A stretch of DNA of 64,000 nucleotides from an uncultured bacterium (GCA_903870365.1 CAIQCQ010000034.1:2665-66664); one strand, 5' to 3'; positions 1 through 10,047 are shown, counted from the first letter of the stretch. Notes: generated by a model not told the origin, from the letters alone. Numbers and translations: made by a program.

Positions 1-532
1 AACAGTCTGATCAGGGGCGGTAGTATGTGCCCCATAACTTCACACCCCTGATCAGAATCACAAGTATCACCTCCTTTTATGCCTCGCCGTGGCAGACTTC
101 CTAAGCTGGATCGCCCCCTTTCAAGGACTTGGTCATGGCAAAGTAATAATTACATATAAAACACAAAATCCACAGTAGGAGCTGTGGACAAGATACAAAC
201 AAAAAATGATTACGCGGTGAGGGATCCAGGGAGGAATCTGGTTTATACTCTCCCTCCCGCGTATTTTGGAGGAATTTTAAGCGATAGGCACCTCCTTTCA
301 GATGTCTGTGGATACCCTATCATCTATATACAAAAAAACAACTCCCGCAGGAGCTGTTGTACGAAAGAAATCATCTCGGGGGTGGGAGGAGGCCCAACAA
401 TTACACCACCCCCGAGACACAGACCTAGGGTCTCTCAGCTCTACCAAAAAGAGGAATAGAAAAAATAGAGCCGGATCCGTCTCAAGTCCAAAATCAATAT
501 AGCACACTCATTCTATTTAGTAAAGTAAAAAA

Positions 533-563
533 ATACAGCTCCATAGCCGGAGCTGTTCGCGCA
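533..563 (-). terminator. rho-independent terminator (ACAGCTCC-ggctat-GGAGCTGT-ATTTTTTT)
   Basis: About 110 nt downstream of the tgt stop, on the minus strand. Confidence 0.65.
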
Positions 564-670
564 GGGGACCACAAAGAAAGCTGCTCTTAGTGGCTGAGTG
601 GACGCGTCTAGTCGCGTTCTCATGATACTCAGAGATTTTGCCCTCCTTCGTATCCCCCCCTGCGCTCACT

Positions 671-1951
671 TTAAGATACCATGGTATATCGTTTCAAAAA
701 AGATTCTTTGTATTCAAAAAATTTTCCATCATATATAGACTGACGTATCGTATCTACAAGATGAATAATAAAATACAAATTATGAATGGATGATAATGTT
801 GACCCAAGCATTTCTTTGGATCGAAAAAGATGACAAATATATGCCCTCGTGTAATGTTGGCATGTATAACAACCACAATCAGATTCAATAGGAGTAACAT
901 CTGTTCGATAGCTATTATTTACAATATTCATCCGACCATCTTTGGTATACAACGTGCCATTTCTCCCCTGTCGAGTAGCGGCAACACAGTCAAATAAATC
1001 ACACCCATTTTCTACCGCACCAAACAAGTCGGCTGGCTCACCAATACCAAGTAAATGCCTCGGTTTATCTTCAGGTAAGATTTCATTGCACCACCGCACT
1101 GCGTGCATCATATCTTCTTTTTCAAACGAACCCCCAATACCAAAACCATCAAATCCCATTAGAGAGCTGTGTAATGTATCACCAGCCTCTAACGGGACAG
1201 GTCCTCTTGCTACCATTTCTGAAATTGTTTGTGCGGATTCTTTACGCAATCGTTCGGACCGGCCACCTTGGACAATACCAAACAGAGCCTGCTGTTCTGC
1301 GTGTCCACTATTTTTATGATAATCAAGTGATCTTTGAGCCCAGCGATGTGTTCGATCCAAAGCTTCGGCTTGATAGTGATCACTTTCATCTGGTGCAGTA
1401 CATTCATCAAATGCAAAAATAATGTCAGCACCAAGGTTGTGTTGAATATCGATTGATTTCTCTGGGGTAAAATAATGTGCTGAACCATCAACATGAGATC
1501 GAAAAGTCACACCGTTTGGATCGATCGTCGCTTTTCCGGGTCGCAACTCCACGTCCTCATCAATGGCATGCGTTTCAGGTAATAACAATTCCTTACGACT
1601 ATCTGAAATTTTACCGATCTTACGGTTGAATGCCGCGCCGAGAGAAAAAACCTGAAAGCCACCAGAGTCTGTCATAGTTGGGCCCGACCAGTTCATGAAC
1701 TTTCCCAATCCACCAGCGTCACGAACAATTTCATCTCCTGGCTGAAGGTACAGGTGATATGTATTGGCCAAGACCACCTGAGCACCCAAATCTTTGGTTT
1801 GTTCTGGTGTCAAAGCTTTGACAGTGGCTTTGGTCCCCACCGTCACAAATGCAGGCGTCTGAATGTCACCGTGAGATGTCTTCAAAATACCTGCGCGACC
1901 TAACGCATTTGGTAATTTTTTATTAATTTGAAATGAAATAGGTTTTTTCAA
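671..1951 (-). CDS. tgt: queuine tRNA-ribosyltransferase
   Basis: 426-aa ORF with TGT-family sequence throughout; C-terminal Zn site CGCYTCQHYTRAYICHL. Confidence 0.9.
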   Translation of the reverse strand: MKKPISFQINKKLPNALGRAGILKTSHGDIQTPAFVTVGTKATVKALTPEQTKDLGAQVVLANTYHLYLQPGDEIVRDAGGLGKFMNWSGPTMTDSGGFQVFSLGAAFNRKIGKISDSRKELLLPETHAIDEDVELRPGKATIDPNGVTFRSHVDGSAHYFTPEKSIDIQHNLGADIIFAFDECTAPDESDHYQAEALDRTHRWAQRSLDYHKNSGHAEQQALFGIVQGGRSERLRKESAQTISEMVARGPVPLEAGDTLHSSLMGFDGFGIGGSFEKEDMMHAVRWCNEILPEDKPRHLLGIGEPADLFGAVENGCDLFDCVAATRQGRNGTLYTKDGRMNIVNNSYRTDVTPIESDCGCYTCQHYTRAYICHLFRSKEMLGSTLSSIHNLYFIIHLVDTIRQSIYDGKFFEYKESFLKRYTMVS

Positions 1952-2122
1952 TTTTGAATTTTGAATTTTGAAACAATTTTTAATGATCCAATTTTTAACA
2001 AAACCTATCTAACTATTACTGTATCAAAATACTGTTCTTGAAAAGAAATTGTTTAGCTAGTTCGAAAGATTTTGAAGATTCAGTTATCTTTTCCATATAA
2101 TTTTATTTTTTAAAATAGATAC

Positions 2123-2185
2123 TGGATTCCGGATCCCTAGTAGTAGAGCAAAGCTCACTACGGGACAGGCAAGCTCGGAATGACG
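2123..2185 (+). repeat. REP-like unit with a long central hairpin
   Basis: CTGGATTCC...GCTCACTACGGGAC...GGAATGACG; paralog at 38055-38115. Confidence 0.7.
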
Positions 2186-2222
2186 AAAAAAATATTTTAT
2201 CTTTATGAATAAAGATCGGAAG

Positions 2223-2342
2223 CTTTCATAATTTCGCCAAGATCGCTTATAAAATTTAAAAAAGTGAGGAGGCGTACTTAGCAGTACGATGACGAGGATT
2301 TTTAAATTTTAGAAGATGAGATTGGTGAAATTTGGAAGTTTC
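2223..2342. repeat. Repeat-C copy 1
   Basis: See copy 2; it abuts the 3' end of the FKBP gene. Confidence 0.8.
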
Positions 2343-2345
2343 CAG

Positions 2346-2819
2346 CTATTTTTGGACACTTACAAGCTCAACTTGAAAAACCAATGTAGACCCTCCAGGA
2401 ATGGGGCCGTAGTCGGTTGGGCCATACCCCAACTCCGGCGGTACAGTCAATATACGTGTTCCACCCACCTTCATCCCAATCAAACCCTGATCCCATCCAG
2501 AAATTACTTTTCCTGCACCAAGCACAAAAGTAAATGGTACACCTCGAGCAATAGAACTATCAAATACTTTTCCATCTGTAAATGCACCGACATAATTGAC
2601 CGTAAGCGTCTCGCCCGGAGCAGCCACATCACCGGTACCAAGGACAGTATCCTGAACAACAACTTGTGGAGTGGTTGATGCTACGACGACAGTCTCACCG
2701 CCTGGCAACATACCTGTTCTAAAGATAGACACGAGTAATCCACCAAAGACAAAGAAAAAACCAACAACGACAATACCAACGACCACTGCTATTTTTTCAT
2801 TTCTATTCAAAGTTTTCAT
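2346..2819 (-). CDS. FKBP-type peptidyl-prolyl cis-trans isomerase, membrane-anchored
   Basis: FKBP domain (GETLTVNYVGAFTDGKVFDSS...GVPFTFVLGAGKVISGWDQGLIGMKVGGTRIL); N-terminal TM helix; start taken at the second Met (MKTLNR); ORF track extends to 2852. Confidence 0.8.
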   Translation of the reverse strand: MKTLNRNEKIAVVVGIVVVGFFFVFGGLLVSIFRTGMLPGGETVVVASTTPQVVVQDTVLGTGDVAAPGETLTVNYVGAFTDGKVFDSSIARGVPFTFVLGAGKVISGWDQGLIGMKVGGTRILTVPPELGYGPTDYGPIPGGSTLVFQVELVSVQK

Positions 2820-2834
2820 ATAAAATATTTTAAT

Positions 2835-2866
2835 TCTGGATTGAGGGCTCAAGCCCGGAATGACAG
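2835..2866 (+). repeat. REP-like unit (TCTGGATTG-AGGGCTCAAGCCC-GGAATGACAG)
   Basis: Same flanks, different hairpin. Confidence 0.6.
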
Positions 2867-3067
2867 AAAGGGTTGGTTAATACAAATGTTTTTCGAGAGC
2901 CTATTGACAATCCCATGTCTGAATCAAACTCCAAAATTTTGATCAAAAATCACACAATTCGAGGAAACATATCGAGATACGTTGACGAGAAGTGGACGAT
3001 TTGTAGCCGAAATTTTGGAATTTGAGCAGACAAGCATTAGCCTAAGTCTTGTAAGATGTGTTGAGAT

Positions 3068-3859
3068 TTGAATAGGCTCTCAGTAATTATATATGATATA
3101 GTACAAGACACAAGTAACAAAAAATATATGGATGAACACAATCTTAATGTACCTGGTAAAGATTTACCTGTCCGACCGCTGACAAAAGCCGAACTCCAAG
3201 AAACTGCACAGGAACGTGTGCACCTTATTTCAAAAGAATTTACCGAGGGATTTGAGTTTTTAGAGGATTATCCAAAATCTGTCACTTTTTTTGGTAGTGC
3301 TCGCAATGTAGAGGGTGATCCGATGTATGAAAAAGCAAGAAGTTTGGCAAAACGTATTACAACAGAACTCAAATACTCTATCGTTTCAGGTGGCGGTCCA
3401 GGTATCATGGAGGGTGCAAACCGCGGAGCCTTTGAAAATGCTGGTGAGTCTGTTGGTTTAACTATTGAATTGCCTGACAAAGGCCAAGCAACAAACCCAT
3501 ACATCAATAAAGGTGTTGATTTTTACTATTTCTTTGTTCGTAAAGTCTGTCTTGCATTTTCTGCCGAAGCCTATATCTTTTTCCCTGGTGGTTTTGGCAC
3601 CTTTGACGAAATGTTTGAGATCCTGACACTGGTGCAAACACACAAAATCGAACGTATACCCATTATCCTCGTTGGTAGTGAATTTTGGAGTGCGCTCGAC
3701 ACTCTGATGAAAAAAGAATTGCTTGGTCGAGGATTGATCGACCCAGAAGATACATCTCTCTATACTATTACAGACGACGAGAACGAGATCATAAATATTA
3801 TCAAAAACGCACCGGTCAGAAATGGCGAAGAGTTCAAAGGGCAAAAGTATGCGGGGTAA
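3068..3859 (+). CDS. LOG family protein (Rossmann-fold nucleotide-binding, TIGR00730-like)
   Basis: Motifs GGGPGIMEGANRGA and PGGFGTFDE; true start may be the Met at 3127. Confidence 0.75.
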   Translation: MNRLSVIIYDIVQDTSNKKYMDEHNLNVPGKDLPVRPLTKAELQETAQERVHLISKEFTEGFEFLEDYPKSVTFFGSARNVEGDPMYEKARSLAKRITTELKYSIVSGGGPGIMEGANRGAFENAGESVGLTIELPDKGQATNPYINKGVDFYYFFVRKVCLAFSAEAYIFFPGGFGTFDEMFEILTLVQTHKIERIPIILVGSEFWSALDTLMKKELLGRGLIDPEDTSLYTITDDENEIINIIKNAPVRNGEEFKGQKYAG

Positions 3860-3923
3860 TTTTGTACACATCTAATTGTGGTAAAAACTTTTTCTCTGGT
3901 ATCATTCTCCTGGAGATGATCTT

Positions 3924-4151
3924 TTGACTACACGCTACGCAGTAAACTACTGTTCACATGGTGAACACGAAAATGAGTTGGTAAGTTTCAAGGTTCGTAC
4001 TCTACTTGGCCGAACCACGAAAACTTGTCCAACCTGTCAGTATCGAAAACGAGAACGTCGTCGTGAACAAAAAAGAGCGCTTGTAGCTTCACTTATGCTC
4101 TTAATAACAACACTTGTCGCTTTCACACGACGAGTACTCGCAACCACGTAA
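3924..4151 (+). CDS. small hypothetical protein, zinc-ribbon-like (CxxH..CPTC) plus C-terminal TM
   Basis: 75-aa ORF with TTG start, followed by a strong terminator hairpin at 4158-4185. Confidence 0.25.
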   Translation: MTTRYAVNYCSHGEHENELVSFKVRTLLGRTTKTCPTCQYRKRERRREQKRALVASLMLLITTLVAFTRRVLATT

Positions 4152-4157
4152 CACAAA

Positions 4158-4185
4158 AGGAGACCTCCGGGTCTCCTTTGCTTTA
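4158..4185 (+). terminator. rho-independent terminator (GGAGACC-tccg-GGTCTCC followed by a T-run)
   Basis: Perfect 7-bp stem followed by TTTGCTTT. Confidence 0.6.
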
Positions 4186-4227
4186 TAATTACTTATGAAA
4201 ACCGTATATTTTCACTTCCCCTCTGTC

Positions 4228-4252
4228 TTTCCCGCGAAAGCGGGAATTCAGG
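4228..4252 (-). repeat. REP-like unit (GNRA-loop variant TTCCCGC-GAAA-GCGGGAA)
   Basis: Partner of the 4318 unit; BIME-like inverted pair. Confidence 0.7.
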
Positions 4253-4317
4253 ATCTTAATTTTAAATTTCGAATTTCTAATTTCGAAACAATGATTGAAT
4301 GTTTTAATTTTTGAAAC

Positions 4318-4346
4318 ACTGGATTCCCGTCTGCACGGGAATGACG
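4318..4346 (+). repeat. REP-like unit CTGGATTCC-CGTCTGCACGG-GAATGACGG (stem ATTCCCG / CGGGAAT)
   Basis: Identical copy at 35326-35355; inverted partner unit at 4228-4252. Confidence 0.8.
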
Positions 4347-4353
4347 GGGAGGG

Positions 4354-4575
4354 TTACTTATCCGCCAGCTCTTTTTTGATCTCAGTAAACTCATTCTCTA
4401 TCTCTTTGAGGCGTTCCTTTGAATCCTTTATCAACACTGCACCTTCTTTAATTAGTTCCAGACCCTTCTCGACATCAATCTCTTCTTGATTTTCAAACCA
4501 CGAAACAATTTTTCCCAACTGACTGAGTTTCTCACTGAGATCACCTTTATTTTCTTTGTGTGTTTCTTTTGTCAT
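4354..4575 (-). CDS. xseB: exodeoxyribonuclease VII small subunit
   Basis: 73-aa coiled-coil protein (EKLSQLGKIVSWFENQEE...LELIKEGAVLIK) immediately downstream of xseA. Confidence 0.8.
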   Translation of the reverse strand: MTKETHKENKGDLSEKLSQLGKIVSWFENQEEIDVEKGLELIKEGAVLIKDSKERLKEIENEFTEIKKELADK

Positions 4576-4673
4576 CCCGTTAAAGTTTTAATGAAATTTT
4601 TTAATAATTTAATAGTCTCTGTGATATGCAAATACGTCTACAATAACAATCCTATAGATACAACTCTCATGGG
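4576..4673 (-). mobile_element. MITE-like 98-nt element, copy 1 (TIR CCCGTTARAGTTTTA), inserted at the xseB start codon
   Basis: 15-bp terminal inverted repeats; flanked by direct repeat ATGA(T/C); one of 5 copies. Confidence 0.7.
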
Positions 4674-4674
4674 A

Positions 4675-6012
4675 TCATGTACGTTTCGCATCTATCGTAC
4701 CATCTGCGACCAAAATCTGAAAATCCTCCCCCTCCTTTACATCACTCACCGAACGAACAACCTTGCCACCAGCCCGTGTAATAGACCAGCCAAGCTTGAG
4801 CTGCCGTTCTGGTGAGCGAGCTTCTAGTATTTTTTCATAATTCTCAATCTTATTCTGTACTGTCGTAACCAGTCGGGACGCTGCGGTAAACATGAGCCTG
4901 GTGTCCCGCTCTATATCCACCGTATAGCGAGCAATACTATGAGCGATTCTTTCTTCTGCACGACTCATGTACTGAAAATAATAATTAAACTTTTCAAAAA
5001 TGAGTCGAAAACTTTTTTCCATAATTTGTTCACCTTCTTCAAGCAGATAGATGCTGTCTCGCAGTGCATGTTCAAACGTAGACAATATACTTTGTTCGGC
5101 CAGCCTGACTTGCGATACAGCCTCGCGAAAACCAGCCGACAAAAGATTTGCCACCGCAGTTGGGGTAGAAACATTTTTATCTGAGACCATTCCCACCAGT
5201 GAAATGTCTTTATCATGACCAATACCAGTCAGGACTGGTGCGGGAAACGTGGCCACCGCTCGGACAAGCATCTCATTGTTGAATGCTTGAAATGATTCGA
5301 GCGAACCACCTCCACGCATCATGACCAGGACATCAACTTTTTTTGTGGCGAGTGTTTTAACTGCAGCCAGCAAATCTTTGATCGCTGCATCGCCCTCCAC
5401 TTTTGAATCAACAAAAATAATTTCAAACCCACATTTACCAATATTAGACAAAAAGTCGTTTATAACTGCACCAGATTTGGAAGTAATGACACCGATAGTA
5501 TGTGGGAACTCTGGGATTGGTCGTTTACGAGCCTCATCAAATAAACCTTCGGCTGATAACTTGGCTTTTAATTTCTCATAGGCTATTTGTAATGCACCCT
5601 CACCCACCAGTTCAATACTTTCCACCTGCAGACTAATAGTACCGTTTGGTTTGTATATACTCGGGTAAGCCGTGACAATAACCTCGAGACCGTCCTGTAG
5701 ATCAACTCCTGAAAGACTAAAATCCCGTTTCCACATAAAACAATTCAAGGTACTCTGGTCTACTTTATCCTTAATAGAATAATACAAATAACTCCGACCT
5801 TCGTACATTTTGACACCAGTCACTTCACCAATGATGCGAGCTTTTTGAGATTTCAGATTTTTATTAACCGAGTCAACATATTCTGACACCGACACAATCT
5901 CCTGCCCTACGACTGTCGTAGGCAGTTTCGATGAGAGTGGTTTTTTCACACTCCGTGTGGAAATATCTTTCTCGTTCTGTATGTTATTTTCAATTTCATC
6001 AAATAAATTCAT
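4675..6012 (-). CDS. xseA: exodeoxyribonuclease VII large subunit
   Basis: 445 aa; N-terminal OB-fold; catalytic core motifs MMRGGGSLESFQAFNNE and GIGHDKD. Confidence 0.9.
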   Translation of the reverse strand: MNLFDEIENNIQNEKDISTRSVKKPLSSKLPTTVVGQEIVSVSEYVDSVNKNLKSQKARIIGEVTGVKMYEGRSYLYYSIKDKVDQSTLNCFMWKRDFSLSGVDLQDGLEVIVTAYPSIYKPNGTISLQVESIELVGEGALQIAYEKLKAKLSAEGLFDEARKRPIPEFPHTIGVITSKSGAVINDFLSNIGKCGFEIIFVDSKVEGDAAIKDLLAAVKTLATKKVDVLVMMRGGGSLESFQAFNNEMLVRAVATFPAPVLTGIGHDKDISLVGMVSDKNVSTPTAVANLLSAGFREAVSQVRLAEQSILSTFEHALRDSIYLLEEGEQIMEKSFRLIFEKFNYYFQYMSRAEERIAHSIARYTVDIERDTRLMFTAASRLVTTVQNKIENYEKILEARSPERQLKLGWSITRAGGKVVRSVSDVKEGEDFQILVADGTIDAKRT

Positions 6013-6102
6013 AATGAAATTATACTTTGAAACGGTAGTTCAAAATACTTGACTTTTTTGTATTAAGTGTGTTATTTTTCACCATAGGTAAGGAGACCCG
6101 AT

Positions 6103-6324
6103 ATGGAAGCACCATCAGAAAAATGGACCGAGGATGAAAGAAAAAGTGTTGTTTTAGCGGTTACAGAAATAATGCTCCAGAGCATAAGAGAACCTCAGCG
6201 ATCCATTGTGGGAGCATCGGAAGTGCAAGAATGGGCAGAAACAATAGATTTTGTTCTTACAAAAGATGCCCATTTTCTTCAGGTAAACCGGGGAAGAATT
6301 TTGAGAACAATTGGAATCAGATAA
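6103..6324 (+). CDS. hypothetical protein
   Basis: 73-aa ORF followed by a long hairpin plus T-run at 6326-6372. Confidence 0.3.
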   Translation: MEAPSEKWTEDERKSVVLAVTEIMLQSIREPQRSIVGASEVQEWAETIDFVLTKDAHFLQVNRGRILRTIGIR

Positions 6325-6393
6325 CCCCCGCCACGTCGTCACAAAAAGTCCGACGGGCGGGCTTTTTGTTTATACAGATTCTCCTTCTCGCGC

Positions 6394-6418
6394 CATTCCC
6401 GTGCAGACGGGAATCCAG
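6394..6418 (-). repeat. REP-like unit (CATTCCCGTGCAGACGGGAATCCAG)
   Basis: Same family. Confidence 0.8.
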
Positions 6419-6445
6419 TGTATCCAATCATACTTATTATTACAT

Positions 6446-6511
6446 CCTGGATCCCCGCCTTCGCGAGGATGACAAGAATGGGTGGATTCCAGGTCAAGAC
6501 GGGAATGACAG
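6446..6511 (+). repeat. two degenerate REP-like units
   Basis: CCTGGATCCCCGCCTTCGCGAGGATGAC and TGGATTCCAGGTCAAGACGGGAATGACAG. Confidence 0.6.
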
Positions 6512-6560
6512 AGAAGGAAAAGTTTCCACTTTCTAACTTGCACCTTTCAAAACTTTTAAA

Positions 6561-6941
6561 CTACTTCACTTCCAAATCAAGACACACACTATTCAAACAA
6601 TACCGTTTACCCGTTGGAGTTGGTCCATCAGTAAATACATGTCCTAAATGGCTCCTACACTTTGAACACGTGATTTCAGTCCGATGCATTCCCATTTCAT
6701 CATCACTTTTTTCTATGACACTTCCGGCAATTGCTTGGTCAAAACTCGGCCAACCAGTACCCGAATCAAACTTGGCGTCTGACATGAACAAGCCTTGTCC
6801 ACAAACCTTGCACTTATACATACCATCACGATCATCATGCAGTAGCTTGCCGCTAAATGGGGCTTCGGTCCCCTTTTCACGGAGAACTTTGTATTCTTCT
6901 GGTGTTAATTTTGCTTTTAACTCTTGTTCGTTTATGTCCAT
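6561..6941 (-). CDS. msrB: peptide methionine sulfoxide reductase MsrB
   Basis: SelR motifs CxxC...CxxC and [12 protein letters not shown]. Confidence 0.9.
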   Translation of the reverse strand: MDINEQELKAKLTPEEYKVLREKGTEAPFSGKLLHDDRDGMYKCKVCGQGLFMSDAKFDSGTGWPSFDQAIAGSVIEKSDDEMGMHRTEITCSKCRSHLGHVFTDGPTPTGKRYCLNSVCLDLEVK

Positions 6942-6947
6942 ATTGTA

Positions 6948-7484
6948 TTAGTTATTTTTTAGTAAATTTGCAAACTGTTTCTGTACCTTCTCCAACTTTG
7001 GATTGATAATCACCTGGCAATACGGAGCGTAGCTGTGATTAGAAAAATAATCTTTATGATAATCCTCTGCCGGGTAAAAGACAGTGAGCATCTCTACCTC
7101 GGTCACAATTGGCGCACCTTCTTTGGTACTATTGAGATCTGCAATAAATTGCTCCGCCTCAGTCTTTTGCTCTGCCGTCGCACAAAAGATAGACGATCGA
7201 TACTGTGGACCAATATCCGCACCCTGTCTGTTTTTAGTAGTCGGATCATGGCTACCAAAAAACACCGTCAACAAGTCATGCAGTTTGACTTGTTCTGGAT
7301 CATAGACGATAGAGACTGCTTCAGCATGACCGGTGTCCCCTGTACACACTTGCTCATATGTTGGGTTCGGTACGTGACCACCAGTATACCCAGGTGTCAC
7401 AGACTCGACACCTTTCAACATTTTAAAGATAGCCTCTGTGCACCAGAAACAGCCACCGCCAAAAACAATTTGTTGTTTATTCAT
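6948..7484 (-). CDS. msrA: peptide methionine sulfoxide reductase MsrA
   Basis: GGCFWC active-site motif near the N-terminus. Confidence 0.9.
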   Translation of the reverse strand: MNKQQIVFGGGCFWCTEAIFKMLKGVESVTPGYTGGHVPNPTYEQVCTGDTGHAEAVSIVYDPEQVKLHDLLTVFFGSHDPTTKNRQGADIGPQYRSSIFCATAEQKTEAEQFIADLNSTKEGAPIVTEVEMLTVFYPAEDYHKDYFSNHSYAPYCQVIINPKLEKVQKQFANLLKNN

Positions 7485-7521
7485 CCCTCTATTATATCAG
7501 ACGTGTCAAGCGATACTACTT

Positions 7522-7710
7522 AATTTCGAATTTTGAATTTTGAATTTCCAATTTTGACATTGTTTTTTACGAACACAGTGAGTTAGAACTACAAGAAGTA
7601 CCCTTGTGGTAGAAACAAATTAAAATTTCTGAATGATTGGAAACAGCATCTAATTCAAAATTAAATCATTGAAACATTGTTTCAAAATTGGAAATTCGAA
7701 ATTTTACTTT
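7522..7710. repeat. AT-rich intergenic palindromic block: ~40-bp imperfect inverted arms of (AATTTYGAA)-type repeats around a GAGTTAGAACTACAAGAAGTACCCTTGTGG hairpin
   Basis: Arms 7522-7566 vs 7667-7710; the central 30-mer recurs at 13921-13955. Confidence 0.6.
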
Positions 7711-8444
7711 GCCGGTACCAGCTTGCCAGCACACGTAGCACTCGCCCACAATCCAATTCCTCCCTCTCGGGCATATTTTTCTGTTGACCGAAATTCCGCT
7801 TGAAACTGATACGGTTTTTTATATGTGTACTCAAACCCATAGCCTTCTTGAATAATTTCTTCATCCACTAACACATCACCTAAATACACATACCGGAGCC
7901 AGCGACCATATTTATCAACATCATTTTGTGTTGGGTCTGTTTCTAGTCGCACAACGGTATCAGCTGGTAACATATGTTTGAGATATTCTGAGGCTTCTTT
8001 ACCAAAACACTGCACTGGTTTACGAGGATCAACTGTCTCCGGAGTATTCACCCCTATCAAACGGACCGTATGATCACCTCCAACATCACTATGGACGACA
8101 ACAGTATCGCCATCCACCACCCTGGTGACATAGTAACTATGCTCCGGCAATACCGTCTCCTGACTTTGTATGACCGCAGCACTTTGTTCACTCGTAAATG
8201 GTGTATGTGACGACGTATGTACTGCAACAATACTACAAATAAACACAAGGAGTGGGATCGCTATCATCAAAAAATATTTTTTATTCGAGAAATACCCCGT
8301 CAGCTTTGCTGCGGGGATTGGTATAACAGTATCGGCGGAGGCCGATTCTTCTTCAAACACAAAAGCCTGGTCCCGTCCCGCGGATACCTCGTCCCTTGTA
8401 GGGTGAGAATCAACGGGACGAGCTTTTTTATTTTGTCTCATCAT
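7704..8444 (-). CDS. thermonuclease (SNase / micrococcal-nuclease family), membrane-anchored
   Basis: VVDGDTVVVH...VRLIGVNTPE...YGRWLRYVY; the N-terminal 60 aa are encoded by Repeat-B, so the real start may be the Met at ~8265 (MIAIPLL). Confidence 0.75.
   Translation of the reverse strand: MMRQNKKARPVDSHPTRDEVSAGRDQAFVFEEESASADTVIPIPAAKLTGYFSNKKYFLMIAIPLLVFICSIVAVHTSSHTPFTSEQSAAVIQSQETVLPEHSYYVTRVVDGDTVVVHSDVGGDHTVRLIGVNTPETVDPRKPVQCFGKEASEYLKHMLPADTVVRLETDPTQNDVDKYGRWLRYVYLGDVLVDEEIIQEGYGFEYTYKKPYQFQAEFRSTEKYAREGGIGLWASATCAGKLVPAK
8272..8424 (-). repeat. Repeat-B copy 1
   Basis: See copy 2; it overlaps the annotated 5' end of the nuclease ORF. Confidence 0.8.
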
Positions 8445-8475
8445 AGCGTATAGTATAGCTTCTCAGAGCAGTTTT

Positions 8476-9060
8476 TTGCTGTGTACAACCACAATTATGA
8501 ACAAAAGTGACCAAGACATCATCACCGAATACTTGTCTGGCAATGAAATAGCGTTTAATGAGCTCATCCAGCGATATATGACCTCAGTGTACACTTTTAC
8601 CTATGGATTAACTCATTCTGTCCAAGATGCCGAAGACATCACTCAAGATACCTTTGTTAAAGCCTGGAAAAATATCAAAAAATACGACAAAAAATACACA
8701 TTTAAAACGTGGGTACTGACCATTGCTCGAAATACCACATATGACTTTTTTCGTAAGAAAAAAAACATTCCTTTTTCGGCTTTTGATAATACAGATGGAG
8801 ATAATGTTCTGACAGCTCAGCTTGCAGACGAGCAACCACTTGCTCTGGAAATCAGCGTACTGGCTGAAGACAAGGATATACTCGACACCGCCATCGAACA
8901 ATTACCTCCAGTCTACAAAGAAGTCATCTCCTTGCGATATGGTCAAGATTTGACGTTTGAAGAAATGAGTGTAGTTGTTAAACGCCCACTCAATACAGTC
9001 AAAAGCCAAGTTCGCCGAGGATTAATTGCACTCAAAGAAGTCCTTCGCGCACCAAAATAA
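8476..9060 (+). CDS. ECF-type RNA polymerase sigma factor (sigma-70 family)
   Basis: Region 2 (ITQDTFVKAWKNIKKYD) and region 4 HTH (LTFEEMSVVVKRPLNTVKSQVRRGL). Confidence 0.85.
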   Translation: MLCTTTIMNKSDQDIITEYLSGNEIAFNELIQRYMTSVYTFTYGLTHSVQDAEDITQDTFVKAWKNIKKYDKKYTFKTWVLTIARNTTYDFFRKKKNIPFSAFDNTDGDNVLTAQLADEQPLALEISVLAEDKDILDTAIEQLPPVYKEVISLRYGQDLTFEEMSVVVKRPLNTVKSQVRRGLIALKEVLRAPK

Positions 9061-9078
9061 GCATTATTCACGTAATAT

Positions 9079-9498
9079 TTGATACACTTTACACACATGA
9101 AACATACACTCTCAGACAACCTCTCAGTCACCCCTCGAGAAAGTCTCTATGCCACTATAGTAGCTCGTATTGATATGGAAAAAGTTCGACACGCACGACG
9201 TCAATTTGGACGGCTCGTTTCAGGTGCAATCGCTTCTTTTGTACTTTTTATTGGAGCAGTACAATACGCTACACTCCAATTTACTCAATCAGAATTTCCA
9301 CAATATCTTTCTCTCATACTATCTGAAAAAACAGACCTTTTTAACTATTGGCGAGAATTTCTTTATGCCCTGACTGAGTCTTTGCCACTCCTTAGTATCA
9401 CCATATTCTTGGGAGCATTTGGAGTCATGCTTTTCTTTATACAAAAAACATTGAAAAACTTTGGATCGGTATTACCACACGCCACACTTATCTCTTAA
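9079..9498 (+). CDS. putative anti-sigma factor / membrane protein
   Basis: 139 aa with two TM helices, immediately downstream of the ECF sigma gene. Confidence 0.35.
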   Translation: MIHFTHMKHTLSDNLSVTPRESLYATIVARIDMEKVRHARRQFGRLVSGAIASFVLFIGAVQYATLQFTQSEFPQYLSLILSEKTDLFNYWREFLYALTESLPLLSITIFLGAFGVMLFFIQKTLKNFGSVLPHATLIS

Positions 9499-9507
9499 TA
9501 TATTTTT

Positions 9508-10020
9508 ATGCAAGAACAAAACCACACACCATCACATATACGAAGTTTTTTTGAGTCACCATTAATACGTACGGTAATCTCAAAAATACTGATTGTGATT
9601 GTTGGCGTCATTATTGTCGCTTGTATATTTTTGGTTGGCGAAACAGTCGGTTATCACAAAGTTGAAACTTCATATCGTTTTGGCGAAAATTACAACCGTA
9701 TTTTTGAAGGCCAACAGGGTATGCACAATATATTTCTCATGCCTATAGATAATATGTTTTCTGGTACACATGGAGCGTTTGGTAAAATTGTCAAAATAAC
9801 ACTTCCTCAAGTTGTCATTGTCGGACAAGATGGATTAGAAAAAATTATTGTTCTCAATGATGATTCAATTATTAAAGAATTTCGTGGTGATGTCTCTTCA
9901 TCTAGTTTGAGTGTCGGAGACACGATTACTGTCCTCGGGTCTCCTGATGACACTGGGCAAATAACTGCAAAACTGATCCGCGTCGTTCCGAGTACTGCAA
10001 CATCAACTAACATCAAATAA
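9508..10020 (+). CDS. hypothetical membrane-anchored protein
   Basis: 170 aa with an N-terminal TM helix; in the same operon as the sigma/anti-sigma pair. Confidence 0.4.
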   Translation: MQEQNHTPSHIRSFFESPLIRTVISKILIVIVGVIIVACIFLVGETVGYHKVETSYRFGENYNRIFEGQQGMHNIFLMPIDNMFSGTHGAFGKIVKITLPQVVIVGQDGLEKIIVLNDDSIIKEFRGDVSSSSLSVGDTITVLGSPDDTGQITAKLIRVVPSTATSTNIK

Positions 10021-10047
10021 CACAACACACTAATATCACACATCACC

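Noticed and set aside
60-85. A TATCACCTCCTTTT run resembling the 3' end of 16S rRNA
   Set aside because: The conserved 16S context (…GGAACCTGCGG(C/T)TGGATCACCTCCTT) is absent upstream, so this is just an anti-SD-like string in non-coding DNA.
8170-8453. ORFs 8170..8406 and 8217..8453 (plus strand) and 28769..29071, 28809..29081 and 28860..29069 with shared peptide motifs (ITVSAEADSS; IFFIREIPR..DWYNSIGGGRFF)
   Set aside because: All lie on Repeat-B copies. The similarity reflects the repeated, probably structured, nucleotide element.
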